From NCBI GenBank assembly GCA_044892525.1, contig CM097885.1, positions 10,604,001 to 10,668,000 of the forward strand: a stretch of 64,000 nt of DNA. Reading direction: 5' to 3'. Both the position numbers and the translations under genes were made by a program. Below, in pieces: positions 41,166-54,300 of this stretch. Positions within the stretch are counted from its first letter, which is position 1, and each line of letters opens with the position of its first letter. This DNA comes from Schmidtea polychroa. Taxonomy: Eukaryota. Under the pieces are notes generated by a model. It was not told the origin of the DNA. It saw only the letters and a program-made list of their open reading frames with translations, and searched no databases.

Positions 41166-41953
41166 CTATCTTCAACTACAAGGTTTTCATTTTTATTCTT
41201 GAAAAAAGGTTCATGTTAAAAAATCGTTATTGTTGATTTTATAATATATTTTTATACGTTCTAACATATCTTCACCCCAGCTGTCCAGAGACAATTTATT
41301 TACTGGAGACTCGGCTGGGTTCTACAGCATTCCTTTGTTATACACTAAACAAAAACTACAAACGACTCAAAATAATACACCCATAACAACACGAACCTCC
41401 CAACAATAAATATTACTTATGTTAGCATATATAAATATCATTCAATAAGATATTATTTTATTTTTAGTAACACAAAGTCTGCTGCGACTATCCCTTATAT
41501 ATATTTTTGTAAATGTATTTGACCAATCATTGGTTGCATTATTTTTATTTTTTAATTTATTATTTTTAAAATAAAATTTTTCCTTTACTTTTTATTTCTG
41601 ATTTATCAAATGATCGTCTTTACACATCATCCTTTTCCCACGTATAAGGTGGTAATTTTTGCGGTTGTCTTTTTTCGGCGATTTACTTTGTTTTTTATAC
41701 ATTTTAAGATGTGTTTCATGTGTAACGGTTTGCTTTTCATATTTTATTATTTATGTTTAATTTATTTTTAAAGTCGTTTTGTTTTTACTTTTATTTTGAT
41801 TGATGTTTTAAATTAATTATAAATATTCTTATTGTTGTTTTCAATGTTATATGAGTTGTCCCGGAAGCCACTTTGATTTCATTTACTTAATTACTGTTGA
41901 TTAAAACACAAAAAAAAACAGACCAAAAGGTTTTTGCTATTTAAGCGCTCGAC

Positions 41954-42403
41954 CATGGGCGTCCGCAGGAATTTTTCCAAGAGGGGGGGGGGGGGGGGGC
42001 AAAAATATTTTTTTTAATAAGTGGACATTTTTTCTTGGGGGGAAGAGAGTTGAAAAAAATGCATGTTTATAATAAATATTTGGGGCATTGTACAAAATAG
42101 GACTTTTTTTTATTAATTTACAAAATAGAACACTTTTTATAACCAGAACGTCAGTTAATATTGAAAGTTTTTATACAAATAAGATGATTTGAAATCATTG
42201 ATTTCCAGATATAATTAATAACAATAAAAAAACAGGAAGCCCCTTTAAATTAAATTTTTTTATTAATTTTTTTTGTCTTGGGTTTTTCCAATATTGTTTG
42301 AGCGCATCTATTAAAATCTGTTTAAATTAATCGAAAAATAGAATGGCTTGGGAAATTCAGAGGGTTAGTGCCCCCTCTTGCCCCCCCCTTGCGGACGCCC
42401 ATG
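41954..42403. mobile_element. hAT-type MITE, 450 bp
   Basis: Perfect 14-bp TIR CATGGGCGTCCGCA; TSD CGCTCGAC / GGCTCGAC (7/8); subterminal G and C runs. Confidence 0.92.
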
Positions 42404-42736
42404 GGCTCGACACCAGCAACACATATCGAATAAGTCGAAATGACGACGAAAGAACTCATGCATGTGATTATATTTTATATTTAAGCATTTACAATTATTT
42501 GATAATCAAGTTTTCTCCAAATAATGGCGCCCTTTATGTTTTTGTTTTGCCCAGTGTAAGCGCCCTATTCGCAAACCCCTGGTCAAATGCTTAGCTTATA
42601 TAAAATTTTGTCATGGAAAAAAAATTTGATTGTTATGGAAATCAAACAAAATATTAAAATAATCATATTACCTTATCAAATTATTAAAAATTTAAAAATA
42701 TAATTATAGAGAAATTTACTAATTTATTATCAAATA

Positions 42737-44130
42737 CAGTGGTTCTCAACCTTTTTTAGCTCATGGCACATTGAGCTTAAATTTTTCGCGACACACCTTA
42801 ATCCCTCTCATCCCTACGATAGAAATATTTTTCAGTTTCTCAGTAATTTCAATTCGAAGTTTTTAAATTAAAAAAAATTCAAAATTAAAATTCGATATAA
42901 TTTTTGTTAAAAATATTGTTAAAAAGGTTTTATTTTTCCTGTTCGGATTTAACATTTTTAATGAGAAGGCTGAGCCTGCTTTCGAGAGAAAGTCAGGCTG
43001 AATCGAGGTTCTAATTTTGAAAGACGAGCACGCATTTTGTTGTCGATGTTAAGAAGTCGCTCTCCCTTTTTGAATTTTATTTCAGTTAGAGCCAAAAATC
43101 CGAATTCACAAAACCATGAAAAAAGAATACAATTTGTCGAACAAATCTGAGAGAAATTAAACTTTCAAGCCACCAGATTTTGTCATGAAGAAGAAATCCA
43201 AAATCTGCTTCCTCGACCTCGAAAGACGAAATAACTTCCACTTTAAAGTGAATAAGACGCTTCAAAACTTTTCCTTCGTAATCGGAATCCATTACATCAC
43301 AAACCTGAGAGAAAATTTGATATAGTTGACTAATTGAATCGACTGGTTCATGACAGATTGTATATTTTCTGGAAACGATTTAGCGACGAGAGCTTCTCTG
43401 TGGATCATGCAGTGAGTTGACGTTTGAATTCTTTTGAACCACGAGATTGACGAATCCTTTATTTTTTAATCTCATTGAAGGACAACCATCGTTGCTAATG
43501 CTTACACAGTTTTTCCAATTTTACTTGACAAGTGAAATATTCTCGTTCACCAGCTCAAAAATATCTTCACTTCTCGTGTTGTTTTTTAAATCTTTGTAAA
43601 ATAAGACTTGCCGTCTTTAACAAATTGAACAAATTCCAGAAGCTGAGCTTTTCCACTTATGTCAGTAGAATCTTCAAACAATCCACTGAGGGATCTTCCT
43701 CATCTTTCAGATCTGATGATAAATCTTCGATTCGGCAAGAAATTGTGCCATTTGACAATGGAACTTTCTTGACTTTGTTTGTTAAAATTGTTTCAACGAT
43801 GATAGCTAATGCAAGGGTGATAATCATTTCAGCTTCTGTATTTGATTTCTTTCGTTTTGACAACAATTGAGCCATCTTGTAACTTGCCATCAATCCTTTT
43901 TCGGGTATTTTCATGTACAATGAAAGTTTCTTTGCTTGTTTAGATTGTTGTACTGCAAGGTTTTCGAAGTATTCTTTTGATTTGTTGTTTAAAGCTGGAT
44001 GTTTAGGTTCAAAATATCGCTTCAATTTGCTTGGTACGAGTGCCTCGTTTGATAATGTTTTATTACATTTGAGACAGAATGGTGATTGGGACTCTTCAGA
44101 TTCTTTTTTTACCTGTCGAAACTTGATATG
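42737..44130 (-). mobile_element. Truncated hAT Charlie/Buster (ZBED5/SCAND3-like) element
   Basis: One TIR CAGTGGTTCTCAAC at 42737; fragments QCLKC-like, PSKLKRYF..KHP, VPLSNGTI, HCMIHREAL, WLESL and C-terminal KQAQPSH*. No second TIR found. Confidence 0.82.
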
Positions 44131-44272
44131 AAATTATTATTTTTATTAGCGTAAATTAATTGAAAATATTTAAATAAACACGTTAAAGACTATTAATAAA
44201 AATCGCCATTCGTACATCTTTTTCACTAGATATTTCGATACCATCACTATGATCAAGTTATCTACATTCACT

Positions 44273-44370
44273 AGGGATGAATAACTATACAATATTGATA
44301 ATTTATAAACAAATTATTAAATCTAAAAATTTGTTTATAAATTATCTATATTGTATGGTTATTCATCCCT
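44273..44370. repeat. Near-perfect hairpin, ~43-bp arms with 2 mismatches; mini-MITE-like
   Basis: AGGGATGAATAACTATACAATATTGATAATTTATAAACAAATT followed by its reverse complement. Confidence 0.85.
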
Positions 44371-45119
44371 CACGAATAAAGCTTATGTAGAGCGTTTTTG
44401 TCGGGTTTCCGAAGGATTACATTTTGAAAACTCTGAGCAATTTTTGGCGAATAAAATGATTTTTTTCGCGTCTATTTATATCAAGATTTTTTAATTTATT
44501 TCCGGCTTATCTCACGGATTAGTAATATTATATCTATTTCTTTACAAATTGCGTGCTAGCAATAAAAATGTGTTTTTCTGTAATGATATTTCTTTGTACT
44601 ATGAATTGCGTGTTATAATAAATATGTTTTCATAAATTATAATATAACAATTTTTGTAATATACAAATTCTTAATTAATTTTTTGAAATAATTAATTGTA
44701 AGTTTGTCTTAACAAACTAAATACCGATTTATAAAAATAAAGATAATTAACATAACCTGATAAAATAGTCCATTATACATTAAATAAAGATGAAAGAATA
44801 CACATAGAATGACCAAATCATGCAAGCAATAATCAAATAATTAAAATAGCTTTTGTCAGTTATATATTATTGGATTGAACGACTTTTTGAGTCTTCTTTC
44901 GAAAACCACTTCTGCATATACGTTGACCCTATAACTTCTAAATCCTGTCTTTTAATATTTGTTTAGGACGAATATGGTGATGAGCCTACCCTCATTATCC
45001 AACATATATTGTTTATTATTAACATAATACAAATTAAAAATAATATTTAATTATTAATGAAATGAAACAAACAAGACAGGAAAAACCACATGAACAACTC
45101 TATTGATAATATTAACTAA

Positions 45120-48100
45120 TTAATGGGATAACAATTGGATAGAAGAGGAAACCAAAACGTATGTTTGCTCCTTGCATTTGCCATGCTCGAGATTGTCTGT
45201 GTCAATATCTAAATAGTTGATGATAATCGTATCGAATTATAAGAATGTTACTCTTTCTCATTCCAATTCTAGTGGGCTTCTCGCTGTTAAACATTAGACT
45301 GACGCGAGATTTCACCTTGCTCCATTCTTCCATCAATTTTTGTCGATGCTCCATTAGTTTGCGCTTGGTTTCATTAGACATCATCTCATCCTGATGGGCA
45401 AATTGTTGATTGAATTTGGCCATGTTCTTTTTAATGTTTTTGATTTCATTTTCTGACAACAAGCAAATTGGTCTCGGCCTCCAAAGGATCTGCTTCAGTC
45501 CCTGGAACGGTTTATCCATCAACAATCGCCCAGTGATACTGTGAAATGTGACACCACAATCCCCAGTTTCATTGATCAGATTCTGTCGATAGGACATCAA
45601 ATATCGACCGGTTGGATCCCAGACGAAATCGTTCAAATTGTTCGTTTCAACTCTCTTCAGAACCACTCCATCGTGACCATCAATGAATTCAATAAAGCTC
45701 GTATTGGGCGTGGAACAGGCGATAAATTGACCAGACGGTGACCATTTTAGCATTGTCATTCGTGTGGAGAATCCGAAATCCATAATTTTCTGGGTTTGCC
45801 CGCTGGTTTTCAAATCGTAAATCAGAATACTTGTAGACTTTTGATTTGAAGTAAGAAAGGCAAATTTTGAGCCGCTTGCTTCCCAATCATTGGCAACAAT
45901 TTGTGTTTTTTCACTAATTGGAATCTTTTCCACGGGGATTTCTTTCTCTTTAACTCGGTAAATTTCCAAAATTGCACTTGATCCCTGCAATGGATCGTGT
46001 GAGGTTTCAATTTCGGCAGATAGACGATAATTATTGATTTGTGGATATTATTATGAAAAGGTTTTGAAATCGATAATTAATGATAAGTTGGACAGTTCTT
46101 ATTTTGAAAAAGTGCAGAAATCGATAATTAATGATGAGTTGGAAAGTTCTCACTGAATAATTATGAAAAAGCACAAAAATGATAATTAATTAATCAACTA
46201 TACTCCTAAATTGTACAGACCTTGAGTCCCACAATTTCCATCAGTTAATCGACTTTACCCCAAATGACCTTGACCTTTCCTTAAAATACGATTGGCCCCT
46301 TAGGTAATTATTGATCACACTCCCCAATCAAAAAACGGTTGCGCGCCTGGTGTTCACTATTGGCATTATTAAGAGGTGAATATTATCAGGCATATTAACT
46401 TATGAACTCAAGTTATTCCTTTTGGTCTTATTTCACATGTCCTCTGGATATCGAGATAATTGTCATTGGCTATCGTGATTATCATATAGGGGGATTATAT
46501 CTAGGCGTGGGAAAAGGCATTCAAAAACGACAACAATATCCTATTATTAATATATCGATTGATAATATTTATTCTAATTGACTTATTAATTAATAATATC
46601 AATACGATATTATCCAATAATCTCTAATCCAAATTTTATTATCGTTTCAGTGGTGCTAAAGTTATTTTCTAATAATTATTATTTACTATTGATGATGGTA
46701 AAATTTTGGCAACATGATTTTAAAAATTCGACAACTGATAAAATAAATAATTTCTGTGTGCTCTTTGTCAGTTACAAAATTATCAGAGTGAATTCGACAT
46801 CAAATGGGAATTAAATCGATAAATTAATTTTGTCAATAAATGATTTTTTAATTAAAATAATTAATTTTGTTCATTATTGGAATATTGCAATTGATCATAT
46901 GGAAATTAAATCGATAAATTAATTAATTTTTGTCAATTATTGATTTTTCTAAATTAGAATATTTTTAAAAATGGAATTTTACTATCGATCAAATGGAAAT
47001 TAATTAATTTGTACATTTATTGAATTTTACAATAGATCAAATGATGGATATCGGTAAATTTAAATTATTGGTCTTTTAAGTCGTTCAAATTGATTAGCTT
47101 AAATCGAATAAAATATTGATTTATTATAACCCATCAACTGAAACTAAACCAATAAATTATTGTTTTGGCTATCGATGTTTTCTTTTTTACGTATCTCTCC
47201 TCAATAACCGCCAAAAAGTCGTCGATAAATAAATGAAATTATTGATTTTTTAATTAAAATAATTAATTTGTCATTTATTGATTTTGAATTGAAATAATTT
47301 AGTCCATTATAGCAATTTTACTATCGATCAAATTGAAATTTAATTGATAAATTAATTAATTGATTGTCAATTATTGATTTTTAATTAAATAATTTTGTCA
47401 ATTATTCGAATTTTACAATTGATCATATAGAAATTAAATCGGTAAATAGATTTATATTAAATAGATTTATTATAATCTATTAACTGAAACTAAAATCAAT
47501 AAATTATTGTTTTGACTAAAATCGATCTAATCAAATTGGTTGATAAACGTTTTAATAAAAAAATTAATAACTGCTTTTGTTTAAATTATCCAAAAATCAA
47601 TATAAAAAATAATTACTTACAATATATTAAAATTTATTATCGACGTTTTCCATTTCTCCACAATAACCGCAAAAAGTCGATAAATAAATTATATCAATTA
47701 TTGATTTTTTTTAAATTAAAATAATTAAAAAAATGGAATTTTACAATCGATCAAATTGAAATTTAATTGATAAATTAATTAATTTTGTCAATTATTGGAA
47801 TTTTACAATTGATCATATGGAAATTAAATCGACAAATATATTTATATTAAATGATTTATTATAATCTATTAATTGAAACTAAAATCAATAAATTATTATT
47901 TTGACTAAAATCGATCTAATCAAATATTAAATAAATCCTGATTGGGTGATAAACGTTTTTAGAAAAAATAATAATTGCTTTTGTTTAAATCATCGAAAAA
48001 TTCAAAAAATCCTAAAATCAATATAAAGAATAATTACTTACAATATATTTAAATTGATTATCGATGTTTTTCTTTTTCACGTATCTCTCGCCAATAACCG

Positions 48101-49371
48101 CCAAAAATTCGTCCTGTGAGTTCCATTTCAACGAGATTTCGGCAACATTAAAAAGCGTCTTGGCAAAAATTTCCTTCTTAGTCGGCAAGCTAATGAGAAC
48201 GATTCTAGCTGGAGTGCTCTCCTGCTCACCAACCCAATACGATATCAAATGGCCTTTGGATGACCAGGTGAAATCCTTCACTCCGACAATCTCGATGCTC
48301 TTCTTATCGACCATTGCACAGTTTTCCGATTGATAAACCGATATTTTGTCCTTTTGCTTCCTAGCGAAATATCTATCATCGAAACTCCAGCGAAATTCCG
48401 GCCAGAATTGATTTTCATCCTCGTCGGTTTTTGGAATGATAAACTCTCTAATCAGCGTCCCGGTTACGACATCCCATACATTGACAACAAAGGTTATATT
48501 GTTCAAGCTGAATGTCATGGCAAATCTGAAATGGAAGAGGAAATTCTGATTTCACGTTGAAGAGAAAGGAGAGATTTACTTTTCGTTCGGTGAGAAATGA
48601 ACATGTCGCGCTTTGGTGTGGAGAAATCGATTAACTTGTATGAATTTCTCGCCACCCCATAAAGCAATACCTTTGTCGTGGATTGTTGCCATATACGTGC
48701 CCAGGGGTGACCAGAGAACAATGGCTTCGGTAAAATCACTTCGATTCCATTTTGTTTCGAGATCTCGCGACGAATGTTCAAAAATTGTAATTTCACTTTT
48801 ACTGTGGATTAACAATTGGTCTCTACATTGACGCTGTAAAAGCCAAGAAAGCATATCGTTCTAATAATGGCCAGTGTCCAGTTAGAGATGGATTTAATTA
48901 TTTTAAAGCTTTACCTGATATCTCCAGACTAAGGGTTCTGGTTCTTTCCATTCATCATTTTCATTCATTAGTTGCTGGAATTCAGATAATATAATTGTTC
49001 GGAAAGTGTGGCTTTTGTCGAAAGCAACTCCGTTAAATTGCTTATGAGCCATCATAGCAATTTCGTCGGTTGGGAAGGTTACGAAAATAAAACCTTTGCT
49101 TTGATTGTTTTCATCCATGGGAATTACGACATTTTCACATTTCATTTTGCTTTTAATAAATTTTTTTAATTGTTCAACTTTACTTTCGGGAACAATAGGA
49201 AGTCCGGCAACTAAAAGTTGATTTCCTATGTTCTGTTCTTTGCATGGTTTAGGGAGAAGCTGTAATTCATTTATTTCTTTAAATAATTTATAATTATAAT
49301 AGGCATAATATATTTAACTGCATACCTTGATCAATTATTTGTTCAATATTCATTTCACTTATCTTCGTCAT
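45120..49371 (-). CDS. EIF3B: Translation initiation factor 3 subunit B; complement(join(45120-45208,45252-45984,48042-48525,48580-48860,48915-49276,49326-49371)), 664 aa
   Basis: RRM (VAGLPIV, KGFIFVTF, FDKSHTF); WD-like repeats WSPLGTYMAT, GIALWGG, FSPNEK, WPEFRWS, WSPSGQF, WDPTGRY, WRPRP; C-terminal IDTDNL. All introns are GT-AG with consistent phases; total 1995 nt. Confidence 0.93.
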
Positions 49372-50966
49372 TGACGTTTTAAATATTAATTAATATTAAA
49401 ACAAGGTATTTAAATTATTACTAAATAATTTTTTAATTAAATAAAATGAGATATGAATTCGAATTTAGATATTTATTAGTTTTGTTAATTAATTATTGCA
49501 AACAGAATCTCATACTTTATAATCAAATTGAAAATTACAAATTAAAATAATTTGAGAATATAAAGTTAAAAGCAAATATACAAATACATATATTGAAGTG
49601 TAGTTGCTATCCTAATTTTGTTCCTGTTGGCATACTAACTCATTTTATGGTAGAACGGTTCCCTTATACTGGTAGGTTATGAGTGGGGAAACCTTTCGTA
49701 TCGATATGTGTCTTATCCTGTCGACCCTTTCGTTGTATCTACATTCCTTTCGCAACCACATAACTATTTATTTGACCTCTAAACGCCCGTCGCGAGTTAC
49801 TTTGGTACATCGATTCAGTAGAAGGTGAGCCTATCATAAGGACTACTGATATCATAACGCGCCATTCGGTTCATGGGCTTACCGTAGAAGGTGTAACAAC
49901 TTATTGAATCTTGTCTCTTTATGATTTTATAATACACCATAACTTTATAGTTGATTTTTGTATCAGATTTCTGGATTCGGAATTTTAACGTAAAACAAAT
50001 GAAATTTTCTAAGAATTTGAAATACGAGATTGTGCGATCGGCAATTTCTGCCAAGATATCTACGATTATGTTGACAAAATATATCGAAGTTATCCATATT
50101 ATGAGAATATTTTTAATAGAGTAATGTTCAATTTATTGTTCAGTCGAATTCGTTACAATTTTAAATTATTCCAGAAAATCAAACTTTCATTTGACTTCAA
50201 GAAATTTTTTCAAAATGTTTTGTTTAATTCGTTTCTTTACTAACTTTTCTTTTCACTAGTCACATGATTTTATTCGACGTGCTTCTAATTATATGATTCT
50301 TTCTAATTTACATGTTGTGGGTCACGAATAAGGTAAACTTTCTTATTTCTATACGTTCTGCCATGTCAATGGTTGTATTATGTCTACATTCCTCGCGCAA
50401 CGTTGATGCTGCGATTTAACGGGTTACTGTCAGTTAAAGGTGAGCCCTAACATATTGGGATACTAATGCTCTGACCCGCCTCTTGGTTCATGAGCTTCCG
50501 TAGGTATAGCACTCTAATTTTTCATATTCCTCACCATATTACCATCAATTCCTAGCCCTTTGTTGTTGGGTTTTCCCTTAAATTTCCATGATTGAAAATA
50601 GAATTTAATGTGAATCTAAAGAGTACGAAATACGAGATTTAGTTAATATGTAGCCTATGTTAAAATGTCTCCAATGATGTTGATTAAAATACATCGAAAT
50701 TACCCATATTCTATAACTACCTGATTTAATTAAATGGCGTTTAATTTATTGTTCAATTAAATTGGTTATAAACGTAAATTGTTTGGCAAAATCTCATACT
50801 CTCTTTGATTTCAAAATGACGAAAACATTTTATTCTTAACTAATTTAAAATAAATAAATTATAACTGCTTCAACTTTTAACAGTTTTATAAATAAACTTA
50901 CAAATATGTAAGAGCAAGCAAAATAAAAAAAATCATTGAACCACTTTGAAATTTCTTGGTGACACA

Positions 50967-51207
50967 AGTAGTGGGTATATGACCCTCATGGACACATCCA
51001 CCCTGATAAAAGCTACTTCCAAACACTTAATATATACTAATAACACCCCTAATTTTTACACTTTTAACTCTTTTAGACCCTCTATTTTCAACACAAAAGC
51101 CAAGCTTTCTATTTTAAGCCCCCTATAAACAGAAAGAAAAAAAGAGAAGAACAAGAAACTCACAAACTATCAATGGCTATGTCCATGAGGGTCATATACC
51201 CACTACT
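50967..51207. repeat. Polinton terminus with an internal 28-bp perfect inverted repeat
   Basis: AGTAGTGGGTATATGACCCTCATGGACA at 50967-50994; reverse complement at 51180-51207. Confidence 0.92.
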
Positions 51208-51306
51208 ATAGCAAGCAAGCCGCCAACTTGACAAATTGCAAACTAAAATTATAAATATTTTAAAATCTTGAAAACATAGTATCCAATAAAAAAATTTTTT
51301 AAAAAA

Positions 51307-54300
51307 ATGAATCCTAATATTTATGCTTGCACTATTTGTCAAAAAAATTTTAAAAATAAAACTGCACTACTTTCACACCAAAAATCAAAAGCTCATTTAT
51401 TAAAAATAAATAGACTTGATAATTCAAACTCAAAAATCTGTACTAAATGCAAAGTAAGATATTTACTTTCAGGATATGATAAACATTTTGAAAATTGTAT
51501 TGGAGTTCCTAAAAATAGAGAAAAATTTGAATGTTCTATATGTAAATCAAAATTTAATATAAAATCTTATTATTTAAAACATGTAAAAAAATGTGCTATA
51601 AAGAATAACCAACCAATACCAGAAAGTCATTCTGAAGATTCTGATATTGAACCTGAACATATTGAAAAAGAAAAATATAATTGGGACAACTTTAATCATA
51701 TAGATGTATTTACAGAACAAATGTTTTCAACAATCACAGATTGTATAAGAAGAAATAAACAAAACATAAAAAATTCAATGGATAATGCTATAAAAAAATT
51801 TGGTCAATCAAGATTTAACATTATAAAATATAAAGTTAGAATCTCTGCAAGATATTGGAGGGGAGAAGAAATAGAAACAACTCCTCTAGATGTTGATATC
51901 GAATCATCATTTAAATATTTATTCTCAACAAAGGGAATAAATAAAATCATCAAAGATTTAACTCAAGAGATGGAAGAACAACAAGAACAAGTAGAACAAG
52001 AATTGGGAGAATCTAATTTAAGATTCCACTCTTTCAAATCTATAGAAATTGAATATTGGAGAGCAGCACCACCAAATCCCAAATCTTTTATTCGCACACC
52101 ATTCAACTCCATCTATGTTATAAATGTAAAAAATAAAGATGATAAATGTTTCCAATGGTCAATACTTGCACATTTACATCCTCAAGCAAGGAATCCTCAA
52201 AGGGTTTCAAAATATAAACAATATGAAAATGAATTGATTTATCCAACAGGATTTAAACATCCAATGAAAATTGAAGATATTCCAAAATTTGAAATTTTAA
52301 ATAATATTAAACTTAATATTTATGAACACATTCCAGATAATGATAATTTAAAACATATTATACCAATTTATATTTCAAATAAAGAATTATTAGAACAAGA
52401 TAAAAATAGAGAAATAGATCTTTTAATATTAGAAGAGCAAAGCTCTACAGGACAGGATGAAGAATATAGAGAATATGTTTTTAATGAAGAAACTGAAGAC
52501 GATGGGCAAAACCCAACAGATCAAGAAGAAAGCCCAACATTAGAAAAGAAACAACATTATATTCTAATAAAAAACTTTCAAAGTTTTATGCGTACAATAA
52601 CACAAGTTAGAGGAGGAACAACTTGTAAAAGATGTCTTCACTATTCAACCTCTAAAAACTCAATGATTAAACATGAAAGATTGTGTGACAAGAACCAAAC
52701 AGCATTAATTAAAATGCCTATAAACTCAGACATGAACTTTAAAAATTATTCAAATTTATTAGAATCAATGGGTGTAATATATGGAGACTTTGAAGCAATA
52801 AATATAAAACAAGACTTGGAAAAAGAATATTTAAAAATAATAGAAAAAAATAATTTATTAGATTCTTGGTGTGATTATTCAGATCGAGTTCCCCTTGAAT
52901 CTCTATCTGAGAATATGAAAAACTTTCTAAAGTTAAATAATAAATCCTATACAATAAAATTAACCAAACAAATACCTTCGGCTTATAAACTATTTTTTAA
53001 AAGTAATTACCCCAAACTCATAGAATCTAAAGAATATTCATATAGAGGAACCTCTGAAGAAGATGTTTTAAATCATTTTACTAAAAATATAAATGATCTA
53101 GAACATGAATTATTTAAAATATTAAAAACAGAATATAAAATAAATTTTTCAACTGAACAATTTGAAGAATATAAAAATTCTACAAACTGTTGGATGTGTA
53201 AACAATCCTTTGAGAGCTTCGCGACCCCTGAGAATCAACTCCTTGAAGATTCTTCAGATATCGAGTCTATTGAAGAAGAAGAACAAAGAATGTTTCATGA
53301 AAGACAACTACAATCTTCGAAAAACATAAAAGTACCAGATCATGATCATTTTAAAAAATTAAATAATTATCGAGGAGCAGCTCATACAAACTGTAATATA
53401 AATTGTAAAAAACCTAAATTTATACCAGTTATATTTCATAATCTTTTTGGATATGATGTACATTTATTTATAAAGGCCCTAGCTGCAAATGCTAAAAATT
53501 CTTTCAAACTAATAGGTTTAACAAAAGAAAAATATAAATGTATACAATATGGATGTTTAAAATTTATAGATTCTCTAAATTTTTTAGGAATGTCTCTAGA
53601 TGCAGTAGCAAAAACAATGAAATCAGAAGATTTTAAATATACAACCACCATGGTTTTGATAAAAAATAATATTCCCTTGGAAGAATATCCAACATGTTTA
53701 GCAAAAGGAATATATCCATATGATTATATTGATTCATTTGATAAATATAATGAATCCTTACCAGAGAAAGACAGCTTCTTTTCAAACCTTCAACAATCAA
53801 ATATTACAAATCAAGAATATTCTCGAGCAAATAAAATGTATCAATTATTCAACTGTCAAAACCTTGGAGAATATACCGACATGTATTTATCCCTTGATGT
53901 TTATATTTTAGCTGACTGTTTTGAAATCTTCTGTAAAGCCTTTGAATTAAAACCCTATAATTATATAACATCTCCCTCTTTAGCTTGGGATATATTGTTA
54001 TATAATATATGGACTGAAAGTCATTCTGAAGAGGGTGATAGGAATAAAATAATAGAACTATTAACTGATCTCGATATGTTTAATGTATTTAAACATAATA
54101 TTAGAGGGGGTGTTTCCTCTGTAATGGGGGATAGAGAAATAACTACAAATAATTCCTTAACCATTTGTAGAAAATTCTTTAAAGATACAGATGCAGACTA
54201 TATAGAAGTAAAAACACAAGAAGATTTTAATTTAATAAAACAAGGTTTATCAAATCCATGTGAAATATTTTATACTGATGCAACTGCTCTATATGGCGGT

